A DNA stretch of 29,658 nucleotides, from contig JBDGTS010000057.1 in NCBI GenBank assembly GCA_042216675.1, positions 1 to 29,658 on the forward strand, written 5' to 3'. This stretch comes from Halobacteriaceae archaeon (GTDB taxonomy: Archaea > Halobacteriota > Halobacteria > Halobacteriales > Halobacteriaceae). This document shows positions 7,537-15,768 of this stretch, one piece after another; the first letter of the stretch is position 1; each line of letters begins with the position of its first letter. Below the pieces are notes generated by a model. The model searched no databases, was not told where the DNA came from, and saw only the letters and a list, made by a program, of their open reading frames with translations. The position numbers and the translations under genes are program-made.

Positions 7537-8369
7537 TACGGCCGGCTCACTTCGTGGTCGGCCAACCGTTCGACCGTGTTCTCGTCCGCGCCCGCCGTCC
7601 GCTCGATGCCGTCGTACACAGCGCCGGCGACGGGACTCAGCACTGGGTCCACGACCCGACGGTCCGTCCCGTCGAACCGGCGGCCCAGTTCGGCGCGCAC
7701 GTAGTCGCTCCGCAGGACACTCCCGACCGGTGTGATAGCGACTGGTGGAGCGAGGTAGCCCGCGACACAGCGGATACCCGTCTCCATCTCGTCGACGGCG
7801 TCGTCACAGAGCGCCCGCGCCGTCGGGTCCCCGTCTGCCGCCGCGGCCGTGACGAGCGGTGCCGCCGAGTCGAGCGCGTTTCCGGACTCCGTCGTCGAGA
7901 AGCGCGCGCCGTCGCGGACCGCGCTTCGCAACGCCGCGAGCGAGTCGCAGCCCCAGCGGTCGAGCAGTCTGTCGCCCAGCGGCCAATCCGCCGGCACCTC
8001 GCCGGCGAGCATCGCGTGGAGCGCTCGCTGTGTGACGTGGCGCGCGGCGGTGCGGGCGTAGTGGCCACAGTCGTAGTTTCTGACCTGCTCGCCGTCGGCC
8101 GTGCGCCCGAGGACGATGGAGCCGGTGCCGGCGAGGGCGACGACGCCGGGGTCGCCGGTCAGCGCCGCCACGTCGGCGGGGACCCGGCCCGCGTCGTCGA
8201 AGGCCGTCCGGACGCCGCCCCGGAGGTTCGCGCACGCCGCTCGGGGGTCGTTGTGTTCCGTGCTCGCGCCGCCCCGCTCGGCGGCGCCGAGAATCCGCCC
8301 GTCGAGGGCCGCCACGGCGACGCGCGTGTGTGTTCCGCCGCCGTCCAGACCGACGACCACGTCGCGCAT
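7536..8369 (-). pseudogene. BadF/BadG/BcrA/BcrD (N-acetylglucosamine kinase-like) ATPase, apparently with an in-frame internal deletion
   Basis: MRDVVVGLDGGGTHTR phosphate-1 motif and ALAGTGS phosphate-2 motif are present, but the intervening GxAG...NDA segment is missing (…PADVAAL|TGDPGVVALAGTGS). The ORF is still open. Confidence 0.6.
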
Positions 8370-8464
8370 CGAGCGTTCGGTCACCGGCGGGTGGCATAAA
8401 TCCACCCTCGACCCGGCGCCCAATCAAAATGCTGTTAATCCCCCTCTCCGTACGCCCACTCATA

Positions 8465-9040
8465 ATGGTCGACGCACTCGGGTTGGGGCTCGGCGTCACG
8501 ATCACGCTCGCCGTCGTCGCGCTCCACTTCGTCAAGGGGACCGAGAAGCCCGCCCCCGAGGACATCGCAAGCGAAGTCCTCGAACGGCGCGCCGAGACGG
8601 TGCCGGAGACGGACTTCCCGGAACCGATGAACCGCTCTATCGGCGGTGGCGGCGGCGCAGTCGCCGTCGGCGGCGGCGCCGAGGGCGAACTCGGCGAGGA
8701 GGAAGAGGGCGAGGAAGAGGGCTTCGACCCCTCCGCAATCCCCGAGGACGAGGTCGAGTACTACGAAATCGAGTACGAGAAGCAAGGCGAGTCCATCGAA
8801 GTCGCCACCAACGAGACGCTCCTCGAAGCGGGCGAGGAGGAGGGCTGGGACCTCCCCTACGCCTGCCGCGAGGGCCAGTGTCTCTCCTGTGCCGGCAACG
8901 TCTCCGGCGACGCGAACGAACTCGTCCGCCACAGCAACAACGAGGTGCTCTCCGAAGACGAGATGGGCAAGGGCTACTGCCTGACCTGCGTGGCCTACCC
9001 GACGGACTCCTTCACGCTGGAGACTGACGAGGCGCCCTGA
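8465..9040 (+). CDS. N-terminally membrane-anchored 2Fe-2S ferredoxin
   Basis: Hydrophobic N-terminus, Gly/Glu-rich linker, then LPYACREGQCLSC...GYCLTC plant-type [2Fe-2S] motif. Confidence 0.9.
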   Translation: MVDALGLGLGVTITLAVVALHFVKGTEKPAPEDIASEVLERRAETVPETDFPEPMNRSIGGGGGAVAVGGGAEGELGEEEEGEEEGFDPSAIPEDEVEYYEIEYEKQGESIEVATNETLLEAGEEEGWDLPYACREGQCLSCAGNVSGDANELVRHSNNEVLSEDEMGKGYCLTCVAYPTDSFTLETDEAP

Positions 9041-9093
9041 CAGCCGCGTCAGTTTCAACACGTTCTTCATAGCCCCCGCCGTCCGGCGGGATA

Positions 9094-10506
9094 GTGCCCG
9101 ACCCCGCGAGCGTCGAGAGCAACATCACCGAGGGCGACCTCGTGCGCCCGTTGCTCGAACTCGCGTGGCCGATGGTGGTCATCCAACTGCTGCAGGTGGC
9201 GTACAACGTCGCCGACACGCTGTGGTTGGGCCGCTACTCCGCGGACGCCGTCGGCGCGTTGAGCCTCGCCTTTCCGCTCATTTTCTTTCTCATCTCCGTC
9301 GGCGGCGGCTTCACGACGGCGGGGTCGATTCTCGTCGCGCAGTTCACCGGCGCCGAGAGCGGCGAGTCCGCGGGGAAGGCCGCCGGCCAGACGATCGTCT
9401 TCGTGGGGGCGCTGGCGACGACGCTCGGCGTTCTCGGTTTCTTCGTCACCGGCGGGATGCTCGACCTGTTCCCCGCGAGCGCCGACACCGCCGCGCAGGT
9501 CATCCCGCTTGCGGGCGACTACATGCGCATCTTCTTCCTCGGCATGCCGTTCCTGCTGGGCTTCTTCGTGTTCTCGGCGCTGATGCGTGGCTACGGCGAC
9601 ACGCGGACGCCGATGCGCGTGATGGCGCTCAGCGTCGCCATCAACGTCGTCATCGACCCCCTGCTCATCTTCGGCGTCGGCCCGATTCCGGAACTCGGTA
9701 TCGAGGGTGCGGCCGTCGCGACGGTGTTCTCGCGCGGCGTGGCGACGATCATCGGCATGTACCTGATATTCGGGGCCCGCGTCGGCCCGGCCGTCGAGCG
9801 CTCGCACCTCGTCCCCGACCTCTCGTTCATCTGGAAAATCGTCCGCGTCGGCGTCCCGAGCGCCCTCGAACAGTCCACGAGCGCGCTGGCGATGATTTCG
9901 CTGACGGCGATGGTGACGACGTTCGCGCCCTCCGTCGTCGCGGCGTACGGCCTCGGCAACCGCTTGGTGTCCGTCATCTTCCTCCCGGCGATGGGGCTGG
10001 GCCGCGCGACGAACACGATGGTCGGCCAGAACCTCGGCGCCGGCAAGACGGCGCGCGCGGAGCGTGCGGTGTGGCTCGCGGCCAAGACGGCGGCGGGCGT
10101 CCTCCTCCTCGCGGGTGTCGTCGCGGCGGCGTTTCCGCGCCCAATCGTCGGCGTGTTCATGACCACCGGGACCGAGCAGGCGGCCGCGACCATCACCTAC
10201 GGGGCCGAGTATCTCCGCATCCGCACCGTCGAGTTCGTGTTCATCGGCGTGTTTCAGGTGTTGCTGGGCGCCTACCGCGGCGCCGGGAGCACGAAGACGG
10301 CGCTCGTCTTCTCGATGCTGGCGCTCTGGATCGGGCGGGTCCCGACGGTGTACTACCTCGCCTTCGTCGCGAACCTCGGGCCGCAGGGCGTCTGGTATGG
10401 GATGGCGCTCGGGAACATCGTCGGCGCGGCGGGCGCGGCGCTGTACTTCACCCGCGGCACGTGGAAGCGGACGGTCATCGACTCGGAACCCGACCCGGCG
10501 GACTGA
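9094..10506 (+). CDS. MATE family efflux transporter
   Basis: About 12 hydrophobic helices; LAWPMVVIQLLQVAYNVADTLWLG; RGYGDTRTPM; ELGIEGAAVAT; VGQNLGAG. Confidence 0.95.
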   Translation: MPDPASVESNITEGDLVRPLLELAWPMVVIQLLQVAYNVADTLWLGRYSADAVGALSLAFPLIFFLISVGGGFTTAGSILVAQFTGAESGESAGKAAGQTIVFVGALATTLGVLGFFVTGGMLDLFPASADTAAQVIPLAGDYMRIFFLGMPFLLGFFVFSALMRGYGDTRTPMRVMALSVAINVVIDPLLIFGVGPIPELGIEGAAVATVFSRGVATIIGMYLIFGARVGPAVERSHLVPDLSFIWKIVRVGVPSALEQSTSALAMISLTAMVTTFAPSVVAAYGLGNRLVSVIFLPAMGLGRATNTMVGQNLGAGKTARAERAVWLAAKTAAGVLLLAGVVAAAFPRPIVGVFMTTGTEQAAATITYGAEYLRIRTVEFVFIGVFQVLLGAYRGAGSTKTALVFSMLALWIGRVPTVYYLAFVANLGPQGVWYGMALGNIVGAAGAALYFTRGTWKRTVIDSEPDPAD

Positions 10507-10552
10507 GCCGGTTCACAATCGTTAAACGGTCGCTCGCGCTACGAACGAACGA

Positions 10553-10625
10553 GGGCGCGTAGCTCAGTGGACAGAGTGCTTGGTTCCGGACCAAGATGTC
10601 GAGGGTTCAAATCCCTTCGCGCCCG
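10553..10625 (+). tRNA. tRNA-Arg (anticodon CCG)
   Basis: Acceptor stem GGGCGCG/CGCGCCC plus discriminator G; D arm GCTC-AGTGGACA-GAGT; anticodon arm CTTGG-TTCCGGA-CCAAG (CCG at 10586-10588); T arm GAGGG-TTCAAAT-CCCTT. No encoded CCA. TTAAA promoter element at ~10522. Confidence 0.96.
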
Positions 10626-10828
10626 TGCAAGGAGGCCGCGATAGCGGCCGACTGAACCGGCACGAAGGGTCTGAAGCAGGGAGCGGCTTCGCCGCGACCG
10701 TGGTTCAAATCCCTTCGCGCCCGTGAGTTCTGCCGAACGGAGTGAGGCGAACGAGCGGCGCGAGGATTTCTGAACCAGACGAGACGAGCGAAGCGAGTCT
10801 CGGCACGGTTCAAATCCCTTCGCGCCCG
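10604..10828 (+). repeat. Three copies of the tRNA 3' end (GGTTCAAATCCCTTCGCGCCCG) separated by hairpin-rich spacers
   Basis: Copies at 10604-10625 (in the tRNA), 10702-10723 and 10807-10828; periods of 98 and 105 bp. Confidence 0.92.
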
Positions 10829-10863
10829 CTCACACCGCATACGGGACCTTCAGGCGCCGCCCC

Positions 10864-11499
10864 TCAGGATATCGAGAGCGTCCCGTCGTACACCCGGTCA
10901 CCGTTCAGGTTGATGTCCACGTCGTAAGTGCCACTCGACGACGGGTTCTGGACCGCCTCGTACACGAGGACGAGTTGGTCGTCCGCGTTCAAGTCGTGGT
11001 TGCCGGAGAGTTCCACGACGAGTTTGCTCCCGCTGTTCTGCGCCTCGAAGTCCGCCGGTTCCACGTCGGCCATCGCGTCCTCGTCGAGACGGCCGTCGCC
11101 GTCGGTGTCGATGCCGATAGCGACCAGATGCGTCAGGTCGTCGCCCGCCGCGGTGTCGCTCACGTCGGTGTGGCCCCCGCGGTAGTCCACCGTCACCTGA
11201 TTCAGCGAGTTGCCGACGGCGTTGCCGGTGACGTTCAGCGTCACCACGTGCCGGGTCGTCGCGCCGGCGGCGTCGTCGACGGCGGTTATGTTGTCGCCGT
11301 AGGAATAAGGGGTGGCGGCCTCGGCGGACACCGGGTCGTCTTCGACCGCTCGGTCGAACGGGCCGGCGGACAGTTCGTGTCCGAAGCCGACGAAGCCGAT
11401 CGAGACGACTCCGACCAAGAGGACGAGGATGCCCAACAAGAGGGCGATGCCGACGACCGGGCTGACCGCCCGATCGTGGCCACCCGGCACCGTATTCAC
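10864..11499 (-). CDS. Archaeal type IV pilin-like protein (class III signal peptide)
   Basis: DRA|VSPVVGIALLLGILVLLVGVVSIGF is a PibD-type cleavage site plus hydrophobic helix; acidic beta-rich C-terminal domain with a DTDGDG loop. Confidence 0.8.
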   Translation of the reverse strand: MNTVPGGHDRAVSPVVGIALLLGILVLLVGVVSIGFVGFGHELSAGPFDRAVEDDPVSAEAATPYSYGDNITAVDDAAGATTRHVVTLNVTGNAVGNSLNQVTVDYRGGHTDVSDTAAGDDLTHLVAIGIDTDGDGRLDEDAMADVEPADFEAQNSGSKLVVELSGNHDLNADDQLVLVYEAVQNPSSSGTYDVDINLNGDRVYDGTLSIS

Positions 11500-11627
11500 G
11501 TGTCCACGATGCGGGCGCCGCGTGAAAGAATTTGATGATCGTCTCCGATCCGTGGTGGCACACCGCGTGGGAGACGTTCCGGGACGCGTCGGCGCCCCGC
11601 TCGTTCACTCGTCGCCCCGTTCTCGGC

Positions 11628-12965
11628 TCAGTCTCCGAGGTCCGCGAGGTCGTCGTTGATGTCGTCGCCCGAACTCTCGCCGGGGAGGATGTCGCCGAGT
11701 GCCGCGCCGAAGGAGGCGACGGTCCAGACGACGCTGACCCGAGCGAGCGCATCCACGGGGTCCTGCCAGCCGTCCACCCGGCCCCACATCGTCATCATCG
11801 CCGCCGCGGTGAGGAAGGAGACGACGGCGATGCCGACGAGTCGGCGAGGGACGACGCCGAAAATCGGGCGCGTCACCTGCACGTCCTGCGGGCCGGCCCA
11901 GTAGACGAGCGAGAGGATCATCAGCAGGACGAAGATGGCGTTCGCGATGAAGAAGACGGGGAAGAGGCCGACCTGAAACGAGAGGAAGTACTCGGCCACG
12001 TCGAAGACGCCGTCCTCGACGAGAAACGGGATGGCGAAGAAGATGCTTCCGACGAACCCCTCCGCGATGTCGCGGCCCGTGTACTTCCGGATACGGTCGC
12101 CGAAGGCGTCGTCGAGGGCCGCCTCGATGGCCTTCTCGCGGATGCGCTGGACCTCCCGCTGGGCCGCGCCCGCGCCGACGGCGGCCGCCAAGTCGTCGAA
12201 CTCCGCGTGAATCTCCTCCACGAGTTCGCCGTCGCTCAGTCGCGCTACCTCGTCGGGCGGGCTGACCGGTTCGCCCGCGTCGCCGACGGCGTCCGGCAGT
12301 CGCTCGCGCCCGGCGTCCGTGACGGGCGAGGTGTCGTCGTCCGAGACGATGTCACCGAGTGCGGCGCCCAGCGACCCCACGGTCCAGATGACGTTGATGC
12401 GCGCGATGGCCTCCGCCGGCGCCCGCCACCCGTCGACGCGGCCCCAGACGGTCATCAACAGCGTCGCGACGACGAAGGAGACGCCGAGTACCATGAGCAC
12501 GCGGACCGGGACGACGCCGAACAGCACGTGCGTGTCGTCCTTGTTCCGGCCGGTCCACTCCAGCAGCGCGTAGGTCATGAACACGACGAACGCGGTGTTC
12601 GCCAGCAGGAAGACCGGAATCCCGCCGACGGCGGCGCTGAACAGGTACGCCCCGATGTCGAAGACGCCGCCCTCCACGAGGAGCGGCGAGGCGAAGATGA
12701 CGCTTCCGACGAACGCCTCGGCGGCGTCGCTCGCCTGCAGTTGGCGCACGTCCGAGTCGATGAGCGCCCGCTCGTGGGCCTCCGCCAGCAACGCCTTGAC
12801 GTCGGACACCTCCGCGTGCGTCTCGGCGTCGGATCCGCCCGCCGTGAGATCCGTCAGGTCGGCGAACAGGTCCTCGACGGAAGCCGTGACGCCGTCGCCA
12901 CTCTCCCCCGCCGGCACGTCGTCGCCGTCCGCGGGCGGCGCGTCGGGCATCGTGTTCCGGACCAT
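11628..12965 (-). CDS. Membrane protein with two tandem DUF2391-like domains
   Basis: Internal duplication: DAAEAFVGSVIFASPLLVEGGVFD...WGRVDGW...GSLGAALGDI vs DIAEGFVGSIFFAIPFLVEDGVFD...WGRVDGW...ASFGAALGDI. Start uncertain (12965 or 12950). Confidence 0.7.
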   Translation of the reverse strand: MVRNTMPDAPPADGDDVPAGESGDGVTASVEDLFADLTDLTAGGSDAETHAEVSDVKALLAEAHERALIDSDVRQLQASDAAEAFVGSVIFASPLLVEGGVFDIGAYLFSAAVGGIPVFLLANTAFVVFMTYALLEWTGRNKDDTHVLFGVVPVRVLMVLGVSFVVATLLMTVWGRVDGWRAPAEAIARINVIWTVGSLGAALGDIVSDDDTSPVTDAGRERLPDAVGDAGEPVSPPDEVARLSDGELVEEIHAEFDDLAAAVGAGAAQREVQRIREKAIEAALDDAFGDRIRKYTGRDIAEGFVGSIFFAIPFLVEDGVFDVAEYFLSFQVGLFPVFFIANAIFVLLMILSLVYWAGPQDVQVTRPIFGVVPRRLVGIAVVSFLTAAAMMTMWGRVDGWQDPVDALARVSVVWTVASFGAALGDILPGESSGDDINDDLADLGD

Positions 12966-13043
12966 TACACCCGCCCAGTGAAATACGTGGCCCCCGCCCC
13001 GATATCGGCGGTCCGACGCCGGATGCGGCCGCTCACGGCCCAC

Positions 13044-14876
13044 TCAGTTCGCCGTCCTGAGGTCGGCGACCACGTCGGCGAGGTGCGTTCCGATGTACCC
13101 CCAGTCGTCGAAGTCGTTCTCGGAGTTCGTGCCGTCCGAGTACCTGTAGCCCTCCTGCACGCCGTTGTAGTTCATCACGCTCGGATACTGGTCGTAGGGA
13201 ATCTCCGTCGAGTCGACCCCGCGGAAGACCTTGTTGGTGACCCCGAGCACGTGTCCCAGTTCGTGCATGAATACGCGGCCGTCGTGGAGGGTCCGATCCG
13301 TCTGGTCCATGACGAAGAAGTGTCCCTCCCCGACGGACGCGACGCCGACTGCCTCGCCCCCTTCGCGCGGGATCTCCCCCGTCGTCATGACGGCGTAGAA
13401 GTAGCCGTCGCCCGCGTGATCGAAGTAGCGCTCACGATACTCGTAGATATCGTTGAGGGCCCCGTCGCTCGTCCTGTTGAAATACACCGGGTCCGCGCTC
13501 GGCACCTCCTCGTTGACCAGGACGTGGAGGTCGATTCCGTCTCGCCCGTTCGGGTTCGTCACCGGTGCGTCAGCGAAGGCGCTCTCGAGGGCGTCCACCT
13601 CTCCCGGTTTGAGTGTCGTCCCCGACATGAAGTCGACCTCGACGTAGATGTCTTTTTGGAGCGGATCCGCCGCCGGGAGGGTCGTCGCTCCGACCTCGGC
13701 GCCGTCGTCGAGGCCGTCGTCGTCGGTGTCGGCGGTGGTGGGATCGGTGTCGCGTTGCTTCACCTCGGTCTCGTCGTCGAGGCCGTCGCCGTCAGTGTCG
13801 GCGGTGGTGGGGTCGGTGTCGTATTGGGTCGCTTCTGGCTCGTCGTCGAGGCCGTCGTCGTCGGTGTCGGCGACGGTCGGGTCGGTACCGTGGGTAGTGA
13901 CCTCGAGGCCGTCGCCGAGGCCGTCGCCATCCGTGTCCGCGGCGGTGGCCTTCGTCCCGTGGTCGTCGATTTCCGCCCTGTCGGTGAGGCCGTCGCCGTC
14001 GGTGTCGGCGGCGGTGGGGTCGGTGTCGAACTCGTTGGTCTCGGCGCCGTCGTCGAGGCCGTCACCGTCGGTGTCCGCAACAGTCGCGTCGGTGATATCG
14101 ATCGCGACTTCGCCCTTGTCCCCGATGCCGTCGCCGTCCGTGTCCGCGGCGACGGGACTCGTCCCGTGGTCGTTCACTTCCGCCTTGTCCGTGAGGCCGT
14201 CGTCGTCGGTGTCCGCGGCGTCGGGATCGCTCTCGAAGTCGTTCACCTCGGGCCCGTCGCGTAGCCCGTCGCCGTCGGTGTCCGCGGCCGTCGGGTCGGC
14301 GCCCGCCACCTCCGTCTCGGCGCCGTCGTCGAGGCCGTCGCCGTCGGTGTCGGCGACGGTCGGGTCGGTGCCGTATTGCCTCCCTTCGGCCCTGTCGGTG
14401 AGGCCGTCGCCGTCGGTGTCAGCGGTGGTGGGGTCGGTGTTGTGTTGCTCCACTTCGGCCCTATCACCGAGGCCGTCGCCGTCGGTGTCGGCGGTGGTGG
14501 GGTTCGTGCCGTGCGTATTGACCTCCGCCCCGTCGTCGAGGCCGTCGCCGTCGGTGTCGGCGGCGGTGGCCTTCGTTTCGTAGTCGTCGATTTCCGCCCC
14601 GTCGTCGAGGCTGTCGCCGTCGGTGTCGGCGGCGGTGGGGTCGGTGCCGTGAGCGTTGACCTCTGTGTCGTCCGCGAGGCCGTCACCGTCCGCGTCGGCC
14701 CGCGTGGTCACCGTGGCCGTCTCCGTGACCGCCGACGGAGTCGCTCCTCCACCGGTCGTCGCGGTCGGTGTCGTCCCGGTTCCGGACCTCGTGACGGCCA
14801 CTTCGCCACACCCTGCGCTCATCACCAGTGCGCCGAGTAGAACCGTCGAGAGGACGATCCGCCGCGACTCGCGCGT
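13044..14876 (-). CDS. Surface lipoprotein with 15 Ca-binding DTDGDGLxDxxE repeats and a C-terminal zinc metalloprotease domain
   Basis: Signal peptide RESRRIVLSTVLLGALVMSAGC, Thr-rich linker, 23-aa repeats, then HELGHVLG zinc motif and YPSVMNY Met-turn. The first canonical start is GTG 14825; the signal peptide implies a start at ACG 14876. Confidence 0.8.
   Translation of the reverse strand, partial: TRESRRIVLSTVLLGALVMSAGCGEVAVTRSGTGTTPTATTGGGATPSAVTETATVTTRADADGDGLADDTEVNAHGTDPTAADTDGDSLDDGAEIDDYETKATAADTDGDGLDDGAEVNTHGTNPTTADTDGDGLGDRAEVEQHNTDPTTADTDGDGLTDRAEGRQYGTDPTVADTDGDGLDDGAETEVAGADPTAADTDGDGLRDGPEVNDFESDPDAADTDDDGLTDKAEVNDHGTSPVAADTDGDGIGDKGEVAIDITDATVADTDGDGLDDGAETNEFDTDPTAADTDGDGLTDRAEIDDHGTKATAADTDGDGLGDGLEVTTHGTDPTVADTDDDGLDDEPEATQYDTDPTTADTDGDGLDDETEVKQRDTDPTTADTDDDGLDDGAEVGATTLPAADPLQKDIYVEVDFMSGTTLKPGEVDALESAFADAPVTNPNGRDGIDLHVLVNEEVPSADPVYFNRTSDGALNDIYEYRERYFDHAGDGYFYAVMTTGEIPREGGEAVGVASVGEGHFFVMDQTDRTLHDGRVFMHELGHVLGVTNKVFRGVDSTEIPYDQYPSVMNYNGVQEGYRYSDGTNSENDFDDWGYIGTHLADVVADLRTAN
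13662..14696 (-). repeat. Intragenic tandem 69-bp (23-aa) repeat, 15 copies (TSP3-like Ca-binding)
   Basis: Consensus DTDGDGLxDxAExxxxxTDPTxA, counted in the translation; the last copy is degenerate. Confidence 0.9.
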
Positions 14877-14977
14877 ACGGCTCCAACAGTCTGTCCGGAC
14901 TTAATTATAACGGGGCAGACATCCCTCCGCGTCCGCGGTCACGGCGCGACCGCCGCCCTATGCGTCGCGGGGGCAAT

Positions 14978-15292
14978 TTACGCGTCTCGCTCGCGGACCC
15001 ACTCCACCAGCGGTTCGAGCCTGCGGCACAGCGACTCGCCGTCGTCGGTGAGCGAGTACTCGACGCGAGGCGGAATCTCGTCGTACTGCGTCCGGTCGAG
15101 GAGGCCCGCGTCTTCCAGTTCGCCGAGGCGCGCCGAGAGCGTCGAACTGCTCGCGCCGTCGAGCGCCGTCGCTATCTCGCCGTGGCGCGCCGTCCCCAGC
15201 GCACCGACGGCACAGACGACCTGTATCGCGTACCGGCGGCTGAGCAGTTCCAGCACGCCGCCCGCGGGGCAGTAGCAGTCGGTGTCGGCCAT
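14978..15292 (-). CDS. HxlR-family winged-helix transcriptional regulator with an N-terminal CxC
   Basis: MADTDCYCPAGGVLELLSRRY...SSSTLSARLGELEDAGLLDRTQYDEIPPRVEYSLT. Alternative GTG start at 15310. Confidence 0.88.
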   Translation of the reverse strand: MADTDCYCPAGGVLELLSRRYAIQVVCAVGALGTARHGEIATALDGASSSTLSARLGELEDAGLLDRTQYDEIPPRVEYSLTDDGESLCRRLEPLVEWVRERDA

Positions 15293-15371
15293 GGCTTCGA
15301 CTGTTCGCACCTGCTCCTACACTTCGGACTTGACAGTTTAATAAATTCGGGTTCCAAAGCCAAAGCGGAAC

Positions 15372-15728
15372 ATGACTGAACCGTCCGATTCCGACGACCA
15401 GCCGATTGCGTGCACGCTCGATGGCGAGGAGATGGCCGACCGCGAGGTGTGGATCGAAGACGCCCTCGCGCCCCACCTCTGCGGCGTCGACGAACGGGAC
15501 GACGGCTACGCGTTCGTGTTCGAGCGGACACCCGCGGCGTACGAAGCGGTGACCGAACTCGCGTGGCGGGAGGCCGACTGCTGTGCGTGGGCCACTATCG
15601 CCGTCGAACTGCCGCCAGCCGGCGAGGAAATCCGGTGGCGAATCACCTCCGACCGAGCGGACGGCGCCGCGTTCCTCGACGACGCCCTCGTGGCCGCGGC
15701 CGAGCGAATCGACGGCCTCGCCCACTGA
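15372..15728 (+). CDS. Small Cys-motif protein (IACTL...E-x-x-CC), putative metal/metalloid-binding
   Basis: PIACTL and READCCAW motifs; divergent from the HxlR gene around a shared TTTAATAAA element (15337-15345). Confidence 0.75.
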   Translation: MTEPSDSDDQPIACTLDGEEMADREVWIEDALAPHLCGVDERDDGYAFVFERTPAAYEAVTELAWREADCCAWATIAVELPPAGEEIRWRITSDRADGAAFLDDALVAAAERIDGLAH

Positions 15729-15768
15729 CGGCCGGGCGTTATTACTGGCCGCCCGCCGAAGCCGGGGT

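Noticed and set aside
10604-10828. Possible mini-CRISPR array (3 repeats)
   Set aside because: The repeat is the tRNA 3' end, the spacers are 76-83 bp and highly structured, and there are no cas genes or leader.
10650-10830. Additional tRNA genes downstream of tRNA-Arg
   Set aside because: Only the T-loop/acceptor 3' strand is repeated; no D arm, anticodon arm or cloverleaf can be built.
13662-14696. 69-bp DNA repeats as a non-coding array
   Set aside because: Fully explained by in-frame 23-aa protein repeats with synonymous variation.
15318-15366. Operator for the HxlR regulator (ACTTCGGA..., CCAAAGCCAAAGC)
   Set aside because: No convincing palindrome; cannot be supported without comparative data.
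10829-15728. Genomic island integrated at tRNA-Arg
   Set aside because: Accessory-looking genes follow the tRNA, but I saw no integrase, no distal att copy and no obvious compositional shift.
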